NCBI RefSeq assembly: GCF_000146505.1
Contig: NC_017448.1
Location: forward strand, 1,950,001-1,982,000
Direction: 5' to 3'
DNA from: Fibrobacter succinogenes subsp. succinogenes S85
GTDB taxonomy: Bacteria > Fibrobacterota > Fibrobacteria > Fibrobacterales > Fibrobacteraceae
Length of the DNA: 32,000 bases
The notes beneath the pieces were generated by a model. That model was not told the origin of the DNA and did no database searches. It saw only the letters and a program-made list of their open reading frames with translations. Shown in pieces: positions 14,721 through 23,027 of this stretch (position 1 is the stretch's first letter; each line of letters opens with the position of its first letter). A program made the translations under genes and the position numbers.

Positions 14721-16538
14721 TTATTTAGCAAGCTTCAAATTCCAAAGGGTCTTGGTACCCGAGGCCACCCACGGAAGCTGAGCAGGAGCGTACGGGTTCT
14801 TTTCGGTCGGCCAGTTCGTCCAGACGCGGTCGCTGAATTCGTAGAACTGTTCCGGCAAGTAAACCAGCGGAATGGACGGCTGGTCTTCCATGAAGATCTT
14901 GTTGAGTTCGCGGTAAGCGGTTGCGATGGAATCAGCATTCTTCATGAGCGGAATTGCAGAGAGAAGCTTGTCGACTTCCGGACGGAAACCTTCGGTACCC
15001 GGCTGGTTGTAGCGGCCGATGTTCACACCTGCCCAAGAACCAAGCGGCTGCCAGTCGCGGCTTGCCATGATTTCGTTGAAGCGGCTCCACGGGAGAGACG
15101 GAGTCACGTCAGCAACAGGCTTGTGCATGATGAGGTCGAAGTTACCGAGACCCATGGCCGGCCAGTAAGAACCGCCATCCACGAAGCCTTCACGAATATC
15201 GATACCAGCCTTGCGCATACCTTCGACAGCGATGGTCACCATAGCTTCCCAGTCGATCCAGCCGTTCGGGCTCGTGATGTACATCGTCGGAATCTTTTCG
15301 CCCTTGGCGTTTTCCATGTGGTCGAGCGTACCGTCGTCATTCCAGACAGACTTGTAGCCAGCTTCAGAAAGCATCTGCTTCACCGTTTCGACGCGTTCCT
15401 TTTCGTCCGTGATGGTGAGCTTGACACCATACTTAGCGAGGTCTTCGTCGCTGATGTACTTGCCTTCGAGGTTAGTCGGCATGATGAGGCCCGGCTTGAT
15501 CTGGTCCGTGTAGTCGGACACAGCGAACTTGCGGAGAGCCATGTAGTCAATAGCAGTTGCAAGAGCACGGCGGAAGCGCTTGTCGTTAAGCGGTTCCTTC
15601 ATCGTGTTGATGATGAGCATCGGCATTGCACCCGGCAAGAAATACGGCGGTTCATTGAGCCATGTATGTACGCCAGCGCCAGCCTTGCGGTTGATACGCG
15701 GGATGTAGCTCTGGGATGCGTCGAGGTTGCCGCTACGCATAGCGATGGTGTTGTGTTCGTTGTTCTTGTAAATCGGATGAACGATATACTTCGGAGCAGG
15801 GAGCTGACCATTGTGGAGAGCGGCATTGCCCCAGTAGTCGTCACGGCGTTCAAGAATAATCTTGTTCGGGTCGGCACTGCGGAGAGCGTACGGGCCGGAA
15901 ACAACCGGATTCTGGTCCATCGGGAGTTTCTTCACTTCGTCCTTGGAGCCAAGCTTTTCGATGAGCGGTTCAAACACGTGAGCCGGGACAATACGGATGG
16001 CCTGCAACAAGTCCATCACAGAAAGCGGGTTGTTACGCTGCTTCTTGTTGATAAGGAAAGCAACTCGTTCCACCTCACCTGCCGGTTCGGATTTAACGGT
16101 ATCAACGTGGATTGCGGAAATCTGTTCGCTAGTGTTGATGGAACCCATCGTGTAGATGAACTTCACGTCACGAGAAGTAACCTTTTCACCATCGCTCCAC
16201 TTTGCGGCCGGGTTCAAGTCGACGACGATAGAGTCGTTGTTCTTGCTCACGAGCGAGCCGAGGAGGGATTCAATTTCACCCGTCAAAGAGTTGTAGGTGA
16301 GAAGCGGTTCGTACATCAAGTTGAAACGACCACTCACAGGCCAGGTTGTCATCCAGCTTTCTGCAAGGGGGTTGAACGTACCAGGAGCATCATTCTGCTG
16401 CCCAGACAAATAGAGCGTTTCCTGACGCGGCAAGGAACCGCTGGCAAGCTCGTCTTGCGATGAGCTACCGCACCCAAAAAGTGCGCCAGTTGCCGAAAGC
16501 ACCAAGGCCGTTCTAGCAATCGATTTCAATCCAATCAT
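14721..16538 (-). CDS. ABC transporter substrate-binding lipoprotein, family 5 (OppA/DppA/NikA-type)
   Basis: 605 aa. The signal peptide has a lipobox, LFGC. Length and overall sequence character fit SBP family 5. It is the first gene of an SBP-permease-permease-ATPase-ATPase operon. Confidence 0.8.
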   Translation of the reverse strand: MIGLKSIARTALVLSATGALFGCGSSSQDELASGSLPRQETLYLSGQQNDAPGTFNPLAESWMTTWPVSGRFNLMYEPLLTYNSLTGEIESLLGSLVSKNNDSIVVDLNPAAKWSDGEKVTSRDVKFIYTMGSINTSEQISAIHVDTVKSEPAGEVERVAFLINKKQRNNPLSVMDLLQAIRIVPAHVFEPLIEKLGSKDEVKKLPMDQNPVVSGPYALRSADPNKIILERRDDYWGNAALHNGQLPAPKYIVHPIYKNNEHNTIAMRSGNLDASQSYIPRINRKAGAGVHTWLNEPPYFLPGAMPMLIINTMKEPLNDKRFRRALATAIDYMALRKFAVSDYTDQIKPGLIMPTNLEGKYISDEDLAKYGVKLTITDEKERVETVKQMLSEAGYKSVWNDDGTLDHMENAKGEKIPTMYITSPNGWIDWEAMVTIAVEGMRKAGIDIREGFVDGGSYWPAMGLGNFDLIMHKPVADVTPSLPWSRFNEIMASRDWQPLGSWAGVNIGRYNQPGTEGFRPEVDKLLSAIPLMKNADSIATAYRELNKIFMEDQPSIPLVYLPEQFYEFSDRVWTNWPTEKNPYAPAQLPWVASGTKTLWNLKLAK

Positions 16539-16754
16539 TTGAGTCCTCTTAGAATAGGGCCTTTGCGGAGGCCCCTTTTAATTGAAAATTCAAATCTAAT
16601 ATAGATTATTCCAATTCAAAATTATTTTTGAACTTGGTAAAAATCCCTTGATGATTTCTCAATTTGAATTAAGATTTTTTACATTTAGAAATGTTTACAA
16701 ACTAGATGCGAAAACGGACTTTTAATCCTACAAGCGAAAGACGAGAGATGCGCT

Positions 16755-18626
16755 TTAGGCGCGTTCTTCTTCAGCGGGGTCACCGGCGGCGCAGTATTCA
16801 GCGACTTGTTCGCGGAGTTTTGCGCCGCGGACTTTTCCAAGCAAATCGATGATGTCTTCGAGCGGGGCGTCCATAAACGCCTCGGCGCTCTTGTACTTGC
16901 TCAGAATCTTGATGCGGGTTTCGTGACCCACACCCGGCATCTTGAGCCATTCGACTTCAAGATCTTTTTTGCGCTTGCTGCGCTGATATGTAATAGCAAA
17001 TCGGTGCGCCTCGTCGCGGGCGTTCTGCAAAAGCTTTAGCGCGGGACTTGTACGATGTAACACAATGCTTTTGCGGTCATCGGGGAACACGATTTCTTCG
17101 AGGCGTTTTGCAAGCCCGATCAGCGGCAAATCCTTATCGTGACCGAGTTCCTTCAAAATCTGCATCGTGGCATCGACTTGACCTTTACCGCCATCGCACA
17201 CCCACAAATCAGGCATCGGGATACCTTCTTCTTCCAGACGGCGGATACGGCGCGTCATCACTTCGCGCATGCTCGCAAAGTCATCGACACCTGTTACAGT
17301 CTTGATGATAAACTTGCGGTAATTGCTCTTGTCGGGGCGACCATTCTTGAACGCCACAAGGCTTGCAACCGTATTCGTACCGGACAAATGCGAAATATCC
17401 ACGCACTCGATGCGGAACGGCGTCTTCTTTAAGCCGAGAACTTTCTGCAGTTCAAAAACGCTGCTGTCGATTTCGCTGTACTTCTGCACTTCGGCGCGCA
17501 TTTCCACGAGAATCATGTCGGCATTCGCCGAGGCGAGTTTCAAGAACCCGAGCTTTTCGCCGCGCTGCGGATTCGTGAGCACGACCTTGTGCGTCGTCTT
17601 GGAAGCGAGCGCCTGTTCAATAGACAGCCGTTCCGACATGTCCGTCGGGAGCGGCACATCCGTTGCAATTTCGCCCGGAATAAATTCCACGTCCATGTAC
17701 CATTGCACCACCATCTGGCGGAAAATTTCCGTTTCGTCATCTTCAAGCTTGCATTCCAGGCGGTAGTGGCGGCGCCCACAAAGCACGCCGTTGCGGTACT
17801 CAAAAATCACGGCGGCAGCCATCGTGCCGTTACGCTTGAGCGAAAGCACGTCCACGCAGAGGCTCGCATCGGACACATCCGTTTTCTGGTGCGCACTCGT
17901 CGCCTTGAGCGCCTGAATCGCATCGCGCTTTTTCGCCGCCGTCTCAAAATCCATGCGTTCGCTCGCCTCGAGCATTTCGCGTTCCCAAAGATCAATCAGG
18001 TCATCACGCTTGCCACCCAAGAGCATCTGCGTCTGCGCAACCTTTTTCTGGTACTCTTCACGCGTCACGAGCCCCGCACACGGAGCGCCACAGCGCCCGA
18101 TATGGTAATTGAGGCAAGGACGTACCGGACGATTGAGTGGCAACTTCAGTTTGCATTCGCGAATCTGGAACAGTCTCGCCGCGATATCTTGCAGCTGGCG
18201 GATCATGCGCGAGCTCATATAAGGCCCGTAATACAGGCAGCCATCCTTCTTGACCGAACGGCTCAGAAACAGCCTCGGGAACGGCTCGTTCACAGAGAAC
18301 GCCAAATACGGAAAATGCTTATCGTCCTTGAGCAATACGTTGTACTTAGGCGTATGCTTTCGGATGAGGTTTGCTTCCAAAATAAGCGCTTCGGTTTCGC
18401 TCTCCGTGATAATCCACTCGATGTCGCGGATATACGGGAGCATGAGCGTCGCCGCACGGTGGCCGGCATGGTCGCTGCCGTCAAAGTAGCTCGACACGCG
18501 GTTCTTCAGGACCTTCGCCTTCCCTATATATATAATCTTCCCCTGGGCATTCTTCATGATGTACACCCCAGGTAGCAGAGGGAGTTCCGCCAGTCGTCGC
18601 TCAATGTGTTCACTTACTGGAATCAT
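16755..18626 (-). CDS. uvrC: Excinuclease ABC subunit C
   Basis: N-terminal GIY-YIG block (PGVYIMKNAQGKIIYIGKAKVLKNRVSSYF), a UvrBC-interaction region, an endonuclease domain and C-terminal helix-hairpin-helix motifs. The ORF track starts at 18707, but the homologous start is the ATG at 18626 (MIPVSEHIERRL...). Confidence 0.93.
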   Translation of the reverse strand: MIPVSEHIERRLAELPLLPGVYIMKNAQGKIIYIGKAKVLKNRVSSYFDGSDHAGHRAATLMLPYIRDIEWIITESETEALILEANLIRKHTPKYNVLLKDDKHFPYLAFSVNEPFPRLFLSRSVKKDGCLYYGPYMSSRMIRQLQDIAARLFQIRECKLKLPLNRPVRPCLNYHIGRCGAPCAGLVTREEYQKKVAQTQMLLGGKRDDLIDLWEREMLEASERMDFETAAKKRDAIQALKATSAHQKTDVSDASLCVDVLSLKRNGTMAAAVIFEYRNGVLCGRRHYRLECKLEDDETEIFRQMVVQWYMDVEFIPGEIATDVPLPTDMSERLSIEQALASKTTHKVVLTNPQRGEKLGFLKLASANADMILVEMRAEVQKYSEIDSSVFELQKVLGLKKTPFRIECVDISHLSGTNTVASLVAFKNGRPDKSNYRKFIIKTVTGVDDFASMREVMTRRIRRLEEEGIPMPDLWVCDGGKGQVDATMQILKELGHDKDLPLIGLAKRLEEIVFPDDRKSIVLHRTSPALKLLQNARDEAHRFAITYQRSKRKKDLEVEWLKMPGVGHETRIKILSKYKSAEAFMDAPLEDIIDLLGKVRGAKLREQVAEYCAAGDPAEEERA

Positions 18627-18799
18627 GATTTTTAGAAAATAGTTTTTTCTGCACGCAGTAGATTTTCTATTTTGCGCCCGCCCGTAAAAAAGGAGATGCA
18701 AATACAAAGGTCATTTTACATTTTATCATACTCTAGTTACAAGAAAATTTTATATATCTTACGTAGTAAGTTTCGCACCCCGCCAAATATGGAGAAATA

Positions 18800-19699
18800 A
18801 TGAATTTCGAAAACATGAACTTGTTGTCGCAGAAGGTTGAAAGCGTCCTCGGTACGGTACGCGCCCTGCGTGAAGAAAACGCCAAACTCAAGCAGCTTCT
18901 CGAAGGCAAAGACGCCCAGGCAGAAGACCAGAAAAACCTGTTGGACTCCGCCAACGCAAAGATCGCCGACTACGAAGCCGCCCTCAATGCAAGAGCCAAC
19001 CAGGCTGCCGCTCAGGACGAAGCCATCAACGAAAAGAATGGCATCATCGACAACTTGAACGCACAAATTAACGAAAAGAACGGCATTATCGATTCCCTCA
19101 ACGCTCAAATCGCAGAGAAGAACGGAATCATCGACGCCCTCAACGGCCAGGTCGCCGAAAAGGACAACGCCATCAACTCCGGAAACGAACAGATCAACGA
19201 GAAGAATGGCATTATCGATTCCTTGAACGGCCAGATCAACGAAAAGAACGGTATCATTGACGCCCTTAACGGCCAGGTCGCCGAAAAGAATGGCATCATC
19301 GATTCTCTCAACGGTCAGGTCGCCGAAAAGAACGGTATCATCGATTCCCTCAACGGCCAGATCAACGAAAAGAACGGCATCATCGACAGCCTCAATGGTC
19401 AGATGGACGAAAAGAACAACATCATTGATTGCCTCAACGGTCAGGTCGCCGAAAAGAACGACATCATCGACAACCTCAACAACCAGGTCCAGAACCAGAG
19501 CAACGAAATTTCCGAAGCCCAGAGCAAGTTCCAGCAGCTCCTTTCTACGATTGAAAGCGAACTCGGTACCGAAATCAACATCAACAACGAGCCGGCAGCA
19601 GAACAAGCCCCTGAACAGCAGGCAGAAAACAAACCTCAAGAAGAAAACCCTGACCTGTTCGCGAGCAATGGAGGCTCGCAACCCGGTTTTTTCGGCTAA
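18800..19699 (+). CDS. ZapB-like protein expanded by a 14-aa tandem repeat array
   Basis: 299 aa. The N-terminus FENMNLLSQKVESVLGTVRALREENAKLKQ resembles the start of E. coli ZapB ([27 protein letters not shown]). It lies immediately upstream of a zapA-like gene. A GGAGAA Shine-Dalgarno precedes the ATG. Confidence 0.75.
   Translation: MNFENMNLLSQKVESVLGTVRALREENAKLKQLLEGKDAQAEDQKNLLDSANAKIADYEAALNARANQAAAQDEAINEKNGIIDNLNAQINEKNGIIDSLNAQIAEKNGIIDALNGQVAEKDNAINSGNEQINEKNGIIDSLNGQINEKNGIIDALNGQVAEKNGIIDSLNGQVAEKNGIIDSLNGQINEKNGIIDSLNGQMDEKNNIIDCLNGQVAEKNDIIDNLNNQVQNQSNEISEAQSKFQQLLSTIESELGTEININNEPAAEQAPEQQAENKPQEENPDLFASNGGSQPGFFG
19025..19486 (+). repeat. 11 tandem copies of a 42-nt (14-aa) in-frame repeat, consensus [IV][NA]EKNGIIDSLNGQ
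   Basis: Read directly from the translation: INEKNGIIDNLNAQ, INEKNGIIDSLNAQ, IAEKNGIIDALNGQ, VAEKDNAINSGNEQ, INEKNGIIDSLNGQ, INEKNGIIDALNGQ, VAEKNGIIDSLNGQ (twice), INEKNGIIDSLNGQ, MDEKNNIIDCLNGQ, VAEKNDIIDNLNNQ. Confidence 0.95.
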
Positions 19700-19744
19700 G
19701 GTGGTTGTTGGATAACGATCCATTCGGCGTAGGAATGAAATAAT

Positions 19745-20059
19745 ATGGCAAACGAGACACTTAGATCAGTCAGCATTAACGTCGCTCAAGAACGCATCCA
19801 CATCCGCACAGACTTGCCCGATACGGACTTGAAGGAAATCGTCGATTTCATCGAAAGTCGTCTCGATAATTCCTCGAAATTTAAACTGGAACTGAAGAAG
19901 CAGCTGTGCCTACTGGCTGTGGAACTCACTTCCGAGATTGTCGAGCTGCGCAAGCAATTGCGCAAGGCCAAAACATACCACGACCTGATGGACAAGGACC
20001 TTAGGGAACTTTCGCTCCAGTTGGACGAGGGACTCCCTAAAGCCGACAACCAAGTTTAA
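19745..20059 (+). CDS. zapA: Cell division protein ZapA (probable)
   Basis: 104 aa. The layout matches ZapA: an N-terminal beta segment (VSINVAQERIHIRTDLPDTDLKEIVDFIESRL) followed by a long helix. It lies next to a ZapB-like gene. Confidence 0.6.
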   Translation: MANETLRSVSINVAQERIHIRTDLPDTDLKEIVDFIESRLDNSSKFKLELKKQLCLLAVELTSEIVELRKQLRKAKTYHDLMDKDLRELSLQLDEGLPKADNQV

Positions 20060-20091
20060 GCCAATCCGGATACATTTAATACACTTACGAA

Positions 20092-20119
20092 ATCTCGGTA
20101 TTTTTGCCGAGATTTTTTT
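20092..20119 (+). terminator. Intrinsic terminator after zapA
   Basis: Stem ATCTCGG / CCGAGAT (20092-20098 / 20107-20113), followed by a 7-nt T-run. Confidence 0.75.
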
Positions 20120-20130
20120 GTGTTTTTCCC

Positions 20131-20159
20131 TTGTTTTTGGTCCTCAAGAAACATATATT
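20131..20159 (+). promoter_or_regulatory. Sigma-70-like promoter (TTGTTT - 17 nt - TATATT) for the candidate ncRNA
   Basis: The -35-like TTGTTT is at 20131-20136, the spacer is exactly 17 nt, and the -10 TATATT is at 20154-20159. The predicted +1 (G at 20166) is the first base of the long-range closing stem. Confidence 0.45.
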
Positions 20160-20165
20160 ATACGT

Positions 20166-20331
20166 GGGCATCCCACGGATTTTACACCCGATCTAACAGG
20201 AATAAATCAGCTCGTTGCTCTTGTGGTTCAGTTTAGGCGCGCATCGACGCGAAAAACAAATCCCCGAGGCGCTGCTATCATTGTAAAATAGTAGTTTCGA
20301 GTGTTCGTACCGTAGGAGATGCCCTTTTTTT
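20166..20331 (+). ncRNA. ssrS: Candidate structured small RNA, possibly 6S RNA
   Basis: The 5' end GGGCATCCCACGG (20166-20178) pairs with the 3' end CCGTAGGAGATGCCC (20310-20324). That gives 13 bp (7+2+4) with two single-A bulges, followed directly by TTTTTTT (20325-20331). The unit has its own promoter and sits directly downstream of zapA, as ssrS does in E. coli. No credible ORF lies within it. Confidence 0.4.
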
Positions 20332-20358
20332 ATTGTGGCAAAATTTGCCGGGGCGAAA

Positions 20359-21402
20359 ATGGAAATCTCCGAAAAACTATCCGAACTTTTAGAGAAAGCA
20401 GAATCCGAAGATATTTTTGACAAGGCCGTCGTTGGCTATTTGCTTCCGGACGGCACGAGCCACACCGTTACGCTCAACACTCCCGAAGATACAGTTTTTG
20501 ACATCGCGTCGCTCACGAAGGTCTGCCCCACCTCGACGCTTGCGCTCTCGTACATTCTTGAAGGCAAGCTCTCCATTGATGCCAAAGTCATTGACTTTAT
20601 CCCGGAACTCAAGACAAACTACCGCGACGAGATTTACGTTTCGCACCTGCTCACGCACAGCCTCGATTACCGCGTACCGATGAAGACATTGCGAACGCTC
20701 TCGCCCGAAGGAATCCTCAACGCCCTTTACACGTACCAGTTCGCCGCCGCTCCGGGAACCATCTTTAATTACGGGAACCCCGCAAGCGTGCTACTTGGCA
20801 TTTTGTTGCAGAGACTTACGGGCAAGAACTTGCAGGAACAAGGTAACGAACGATTCTTTACGCCGCTCGGCATGACGCGCTCGGGCTACAACCCGCTCAC
20901 GCGAGTCCCGAAATCAGAAATTGCGGCAACTGAACTTTGCGAGTTCCGCCATCGCGAAATCCAGGGCGAAGTCCACGACGAGAGCGCCTGGGTTCTGCAA
21001 AAGCTATTCCCCGTCGGGAGTGCAGGCATGTTCAGCTGCGTCCCCGACCTTCTGAAGTTCGTGAAAATGATTCTGATGGACGGCAAGTTCGAAGACAAGC
21101 AAATCGCCCCTGCCGGAATTCTAGACATCGTAAGCCACAACGCCCTGGCTGATAACGTCGGAGCAGAAACCGCCCTCGGCTGGGAGCTGAACGCAGCCAA
21201 GTTCATGGGTACAAAGGTCTCGCCACAGGCATTCGGCAAGACAGGATTTACGGGTGCAAGCATCGTTGCCGACCCAGACAAGGGAGGCGCCATCATTCTC
21301 CTCAGCAACTTCACCTACCCGCATCGCGAACCGAACGCCGACAGGATTCACGCATTCCGCGCTACGCTTGCGGACGCGTTCTTTGAAAAAATCAGTGATT
21401 AG
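20359..21402 (+). CDS. Serine hydrolase of the beta-lactamase / penicillin-binding-protein family (class C-like)
   Basis: Contains the S-x-x-K motif (ASLTKV), a Y-x-N-like FNYGN and a K-T-G motif (GKTGFTG). The ORF track begins at GTG 20335, inside the T-run of the upstream RNA, so I prefer ATG 20359 (MEISEK...). Confidence 0.8.
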   Translation: MEISEKLSELLEKAESEDIFDKAVVGYLLPDGTSHTVTLNTPEDTVFDIASLTKVCPTSTLALSYILEGKLSIDAKVIDFIPELKTNYRDEIYVSHLLTHSLDYRVPMKTLRTLSPEGILNALYTYQFAAAPGTIFNYGNPASVLLGILLQRLTGKNLQEQGNERFFTPLGMTRSGYNPLTRVPKSEIAATELCEFRHREIQGEVHDESAWVLQKLFPVGSAGMFSCVPDLLKFVKMILMDGKFEDKQIAPAGILDIVSHNALADNVGAETALGWELNAAKFMGTKVSPQAFGKTGFTGASIVADPDKGGAIILLSNFTYPHREPNADRIHAFRATLADAFFEKISD

Positions 21403-21430
21403 TGGTTAGTGATTAGTTAATAGGAAAAGC

Positions 21431-21458
21431 AAAAACGGCCCGCGATGCGGGTCGTTTT
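21431..21458. terminator. Bidirectional terminator between the serine hydrolase and dksA-like genes
   Basis: 9-bp stem ACGGCCCGC / GCGGGTCGT with a GAT loop, flanked by AAAAA on the left and TTTT on the right. Confidence 0.7.
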
Positions 21459-21503
21459 CGTTCAAAGGGGGATTCCCTCTCGGAGGCGGGAATGACAAGT
21501 TTA

Positions 21504-21977
21504 TTAACGGCCAGCGGCCTTGCGGAGCATTTCCTTGCGCTGGGCTTCAGCGAACATCTTTGCCATTTCCATGCGGTTGTCAAGAATTTCCTTTTTCTTG
21601 GTTTCTTCCTTGCAGTTCACGCACTTGGTAGCAGTCGGTACGGCCATAAGTCTCGCCTTCGGAATCAGCTGTCCACAGATTTTGCAAACGCCGAAAGTTC
21701 CATTTTTGATGCGCTTAAGAGCTTCTTCCAAATAAACGAGGTACTTGCCTTCGCGAGCTGCCAATGAAAGGTTGGTTTCGAGCGAGTTGATATCCGTTGC
21801 AGAATCTGCACCTTCGGAATCGCCGCCGTCACCAGACTGATTCTTCTGGTCCAAGAACACGTTAGCCTTTTCGGAATCGCTCTGGGCGGTCACAAGCTCG
21901 CGTCTCTTTTCCAAAAGCATTTCTTCAAAGAACTTAAGATCAGCATCGCTCATCTTTACGGGTTTCTTCTCAGCCAT
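21504..21977 (-). CDS. dksA: DksA/TraR-family C4 zinc-finger transcription factor
   Basis: 157 aa. A coiled-coil N-terminal part is followed by CKICGQLIPKARLMAVPTATKCVNCK (C-x2-C-x17-C-x2-C). Confidence 0.75.
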   Translation of the reverse strand: MAEKKPVKMSDADLKFFEEMLLEKRRELVTAQSDSEKANVFLDQKNQSGDGGDSEGADSATDINSLETNLSLAAREGKYLVYLEEALKRIKNGTFGVCKICGQLIPKARLMAVPTATKCVNCKEETKKKEILDNRMEMAKMFAEAQRKEMLRKAAGR

Positions 21978-22109
21978 ATTAAACTCCTTCTTTGTGAGTT
22001 ACACTGTGATAAGTACCGCTTTAAATTATCTTTTTTTACAAAAAAGAACAATTAAAATAATATTTTTCAAAAAAAAATGTTGATAAGTCGGTAAAAAAGG
22101 AGTTGCCGA

Positions 22110-23027
22110 CTAGAATATATCCACATTGAGCTTGAGGCCGTCTTTTTTGACGCCACTGAGCAGCGCATCGAAGTCTTTTTTCAGAATATCAAAATTCTTA
22201 TTCAGCTTGGATGATTCATCGAGGAACATCCTTGCCGAGCCCTCACTTTCGTCAAACTTGGTGACAATGGCAAGAGCCTCGTTTTTAGAAGCTTCAACAC
22301 GGTCCAAAAGTGTACGCACGCGATCCATAGCTTCGTTTGCCTTCGTAGCGGTTTCGCCACCGCGGTCCGAAAGTTCCTGTAACGAGCGTTCAAGTTTTTC
22401 ACCCGCTTCCTGGTAATCGTTGAGGAGCTCATCCACCATGGATTTCCACTTGCGGATATCGGCATTCGTCACGCGCAAAAGCTTCTTGACCTTCTTGCCG
22501 ACACGGTCCAAGCGCTTGCCCGTCTCGCCCACTGTTATCGAATCACAAAAATCGGTGATGGTCTGCTTGATATCGCCAATGTCCTTGAAAACTTCGGCAA
22601 GATTCTTCGAAATTCCAGAAGTGCCTTCGTCGTAAAGACCGCTTACGGTATCGCCATCCGCCACAAGTTTGCTCGAATTGCCGGTAATGATGCTCATTTC
22701 GCGTTCGCCCATGAGGCCCGCCGTCACAAGTCGGAATTCAGAGTTCACAGGAATCTTCGCTTCGGCAAGTACACGTGCAGAGACATAGACCGCTTCGTCC
22801 GTAAGCTTCACATCGACAATCTCGCCCATCGCAATGCCACGGACGCGCACAAGGTTTCCCGGAGAAAGCGTACCGATAGTCTCGTATTTTACAACAAACG
22901 TATAGCGTTTGTGGTACGGGCTAGACGGATGGTAATAATAAATCGCCAGCCCACACGAGACCACGATAATGAGAAAAATAAGACATGCTACAAAATTTTT
23001 CTTGATTTTAAACAGCAAACTATTCAT
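22110..23027 (-). CDS. MCE/MlaD-domain protein with a long helical C-terminal extension
   Basis: 305 aa. It has an N-terminal TM anchor, then an MCE-like beta domain (YTFVVKYETIGTLSPGNLVRVRGIAMGEIVDVKL...NSEFRLVTAGLMGE), then a helical region. It overlaps hprK by 8 nt. Confidence 0.7.
   Translation of the reverse strand: MNSLLFKIKKNFVACLIFLIIVVSCGLAIYYYHPSSPYHKRYTFVVKYETIGTLSPGNLVRVRGIAMGEIVDVKLTDEAVYVSARVLAEAKIPVNSEFRLVTAGLMGEREMSIITGNSSKLVADGDTVSGLYDEGTSGISKNLAEVFKDIGDIKQTITDFCDSITVGETGKRLDRVGKKVKKLLRVTNADIRKWKSMVDELLNDYQEAGEKLERSLQELSDRGGETATKANEAMDRVRTLLDRVEASKNEALAIVTKFDESEGSARMFLDESSKLNKNFDILKKDFDALLSGVKKDGLKLNVDIF

Noticed and set aside
20193-20423. A 76-aa minus-strand ORF overlapping the candidate ncRNA and the 5' end of the serine hydrolase gene.
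   Set aside because: It has no Shine-Dalgarno sequence and runs antisense into a well-supported CDS. Its Ser-rich, low-complexity translation has no motifs. The interval is better explained by the promoter, closing stem and U-run unit on the plus strand.
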